Shown: piece after piece, positions 63,791 to 64,000 of the stretch | Numbering within the stretch: the first letter of the stretch is position 1 | Layout of the letters: every line of letters starts with the position of its first letter | Origin: Azolla caroliniana | Taxonomy: Eukaryota > Plantae > Polypodiophyta | Direction: 5' to 3' | NCBI GenBank assembly: GCA_043228905.1 | Contig: JBHGNT010000060.1 | Location: 1-64,000 of the forward strand | DNA: 64,000 nucleotides | Notes under the pieces: model-generated | Seen by the model: the letters and a program-made list of their open reading frames with translations, nothing else | What the model was told of the DNA's origin: nothing | The model's database searches: none | Translations under genes and position numbers: made by a program

Positions 63791-64000
63791 ATGCTATAGA
63801 ATTAAAAAATCAAGATTTTGAAACTCAGCTCGAGAGACATGAGGAAGTTAGCAAATTAGAGGAGGGACTTGAAAAGAGGCCGTGAGTCAATTAAAATGTT
63901 CATACCAGGCTCGTCTGATATCGGATTTTTGTGTTCAAACATGCGTATCGAAGCTAACAACGCTAGTCATGCTATAGAATTAAAAAATGAAGATTTTGAA

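Larger units (their letters stand above)
1..64000. repeat. Tandem satellite DNA array, ~178-bp monomer, ~359 copies, single orientation; probably (peri)centromeric/heterochromatic satellite, family unidentified
   Basis: The unit TATCGAAGCTAACAACGCTAGCTATGCTATAGAATTAAAAAATCAAGATTTTGAAACTCAGGTCGAGAGACATGAAGAAATTAGCACATTTGAGGAGGTAGTGGAGAACAGCCCGTTAGGAAATAAAAATGTTCATACCTGGCTCGTGTGATATCGGATTTTTGTGTTCAAACATGCG and its variants recur every 177-179 bp from base 1 to the end (e.g. starts at 1 and 179). ORF-track offsets are near-multiples of 178. The array runs off both window edges. The satellite call is direct; the centromeric role is inferred from the nucleosome-sized monomer and HOR organisation. 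Confidence 0.98.

Noticed and set aside
168-63885. About 200 short ORFs (60-130 aa) on both strands, e.g. MKLRSRDMKKLAHL..., MFIPGSCDIGFLCS..., MLASIRMFEHKNP...
   Set aside because: They are translations of the same 178-bp unit (not a multiple of 3) in several overlapping frames. They open and close with satellite SNPs and 1-bp indels, often start at TTG/GTG, and show no recognisable domain or codon-position bias.
1-64000. CRISPR-like array (conserved blocks alternating with variable segments)
   Set aside because: The variable segments are a few closely related alleles rather than unique spacers, the period is 178 bp, and there are no cas genes or leader.
1-64000. Antigenic-variation cassettes, integron or diversity-generating retroelement array
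   Set aside because: There is no recombinase, reverse transcriptase, expression locus, attC-like structure or preserved reading frame. Ordinary satellite recombination explains the mosaicism.
1-64000. 5S rDNA, tRNA or snRNA tandem gene array
   Set aside because: I could not recognise a 5S coding region, tRNA cloverleaf, A/B/C boxes or a gene-plus-spacer layout in the monomer.
1-64000. Embedded transposon/LTR fragments or strand inversions
   Set aside because: None was seen on reading through. All sequence aligns to the monomer in one orientation.

Overview
The whole 64 kb window is one uninterrupted, head-to-tail tandem satellite array of about 359 monomers of ~178 bp (177/178/179-bp variants, ~38% GC by hand count of one monomer). 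All monomers are in the same orientation, and I see no genes, transposon insertions, inversions or unique sequence. Every ORF in the track is a chance translation of the monomer. Monomer length and variants at both CG and CHG sites suggest a methylated plant (peri)centromeric-type satellite; this is inference, and I cannot name the family or species. The interesting content is the internal architecture. (1) A ~23 kb domain is built from a 22-mer (3920 bp) higher-order repeat (HOR) whose copies measure 39, 26, 18, 22 and 19 monomers. (2) A series of local 2-, 3-, 5-, 6-, 7-, 8-, 9-, 12- and 17-mer duplications follows. (3) Monomers are mosaics of a few multi-nucleotide variant modules shuffled between conserved blocks. 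(4) A few repair-like scars are present: a microhomology deletion and two templated replacements. I found no evidence for a new protein-coding or CRISPR-like system. Block boundaries were read by eye and are approximate, while the periods come from exact offsets between marker variants or ORF-track coordinates.
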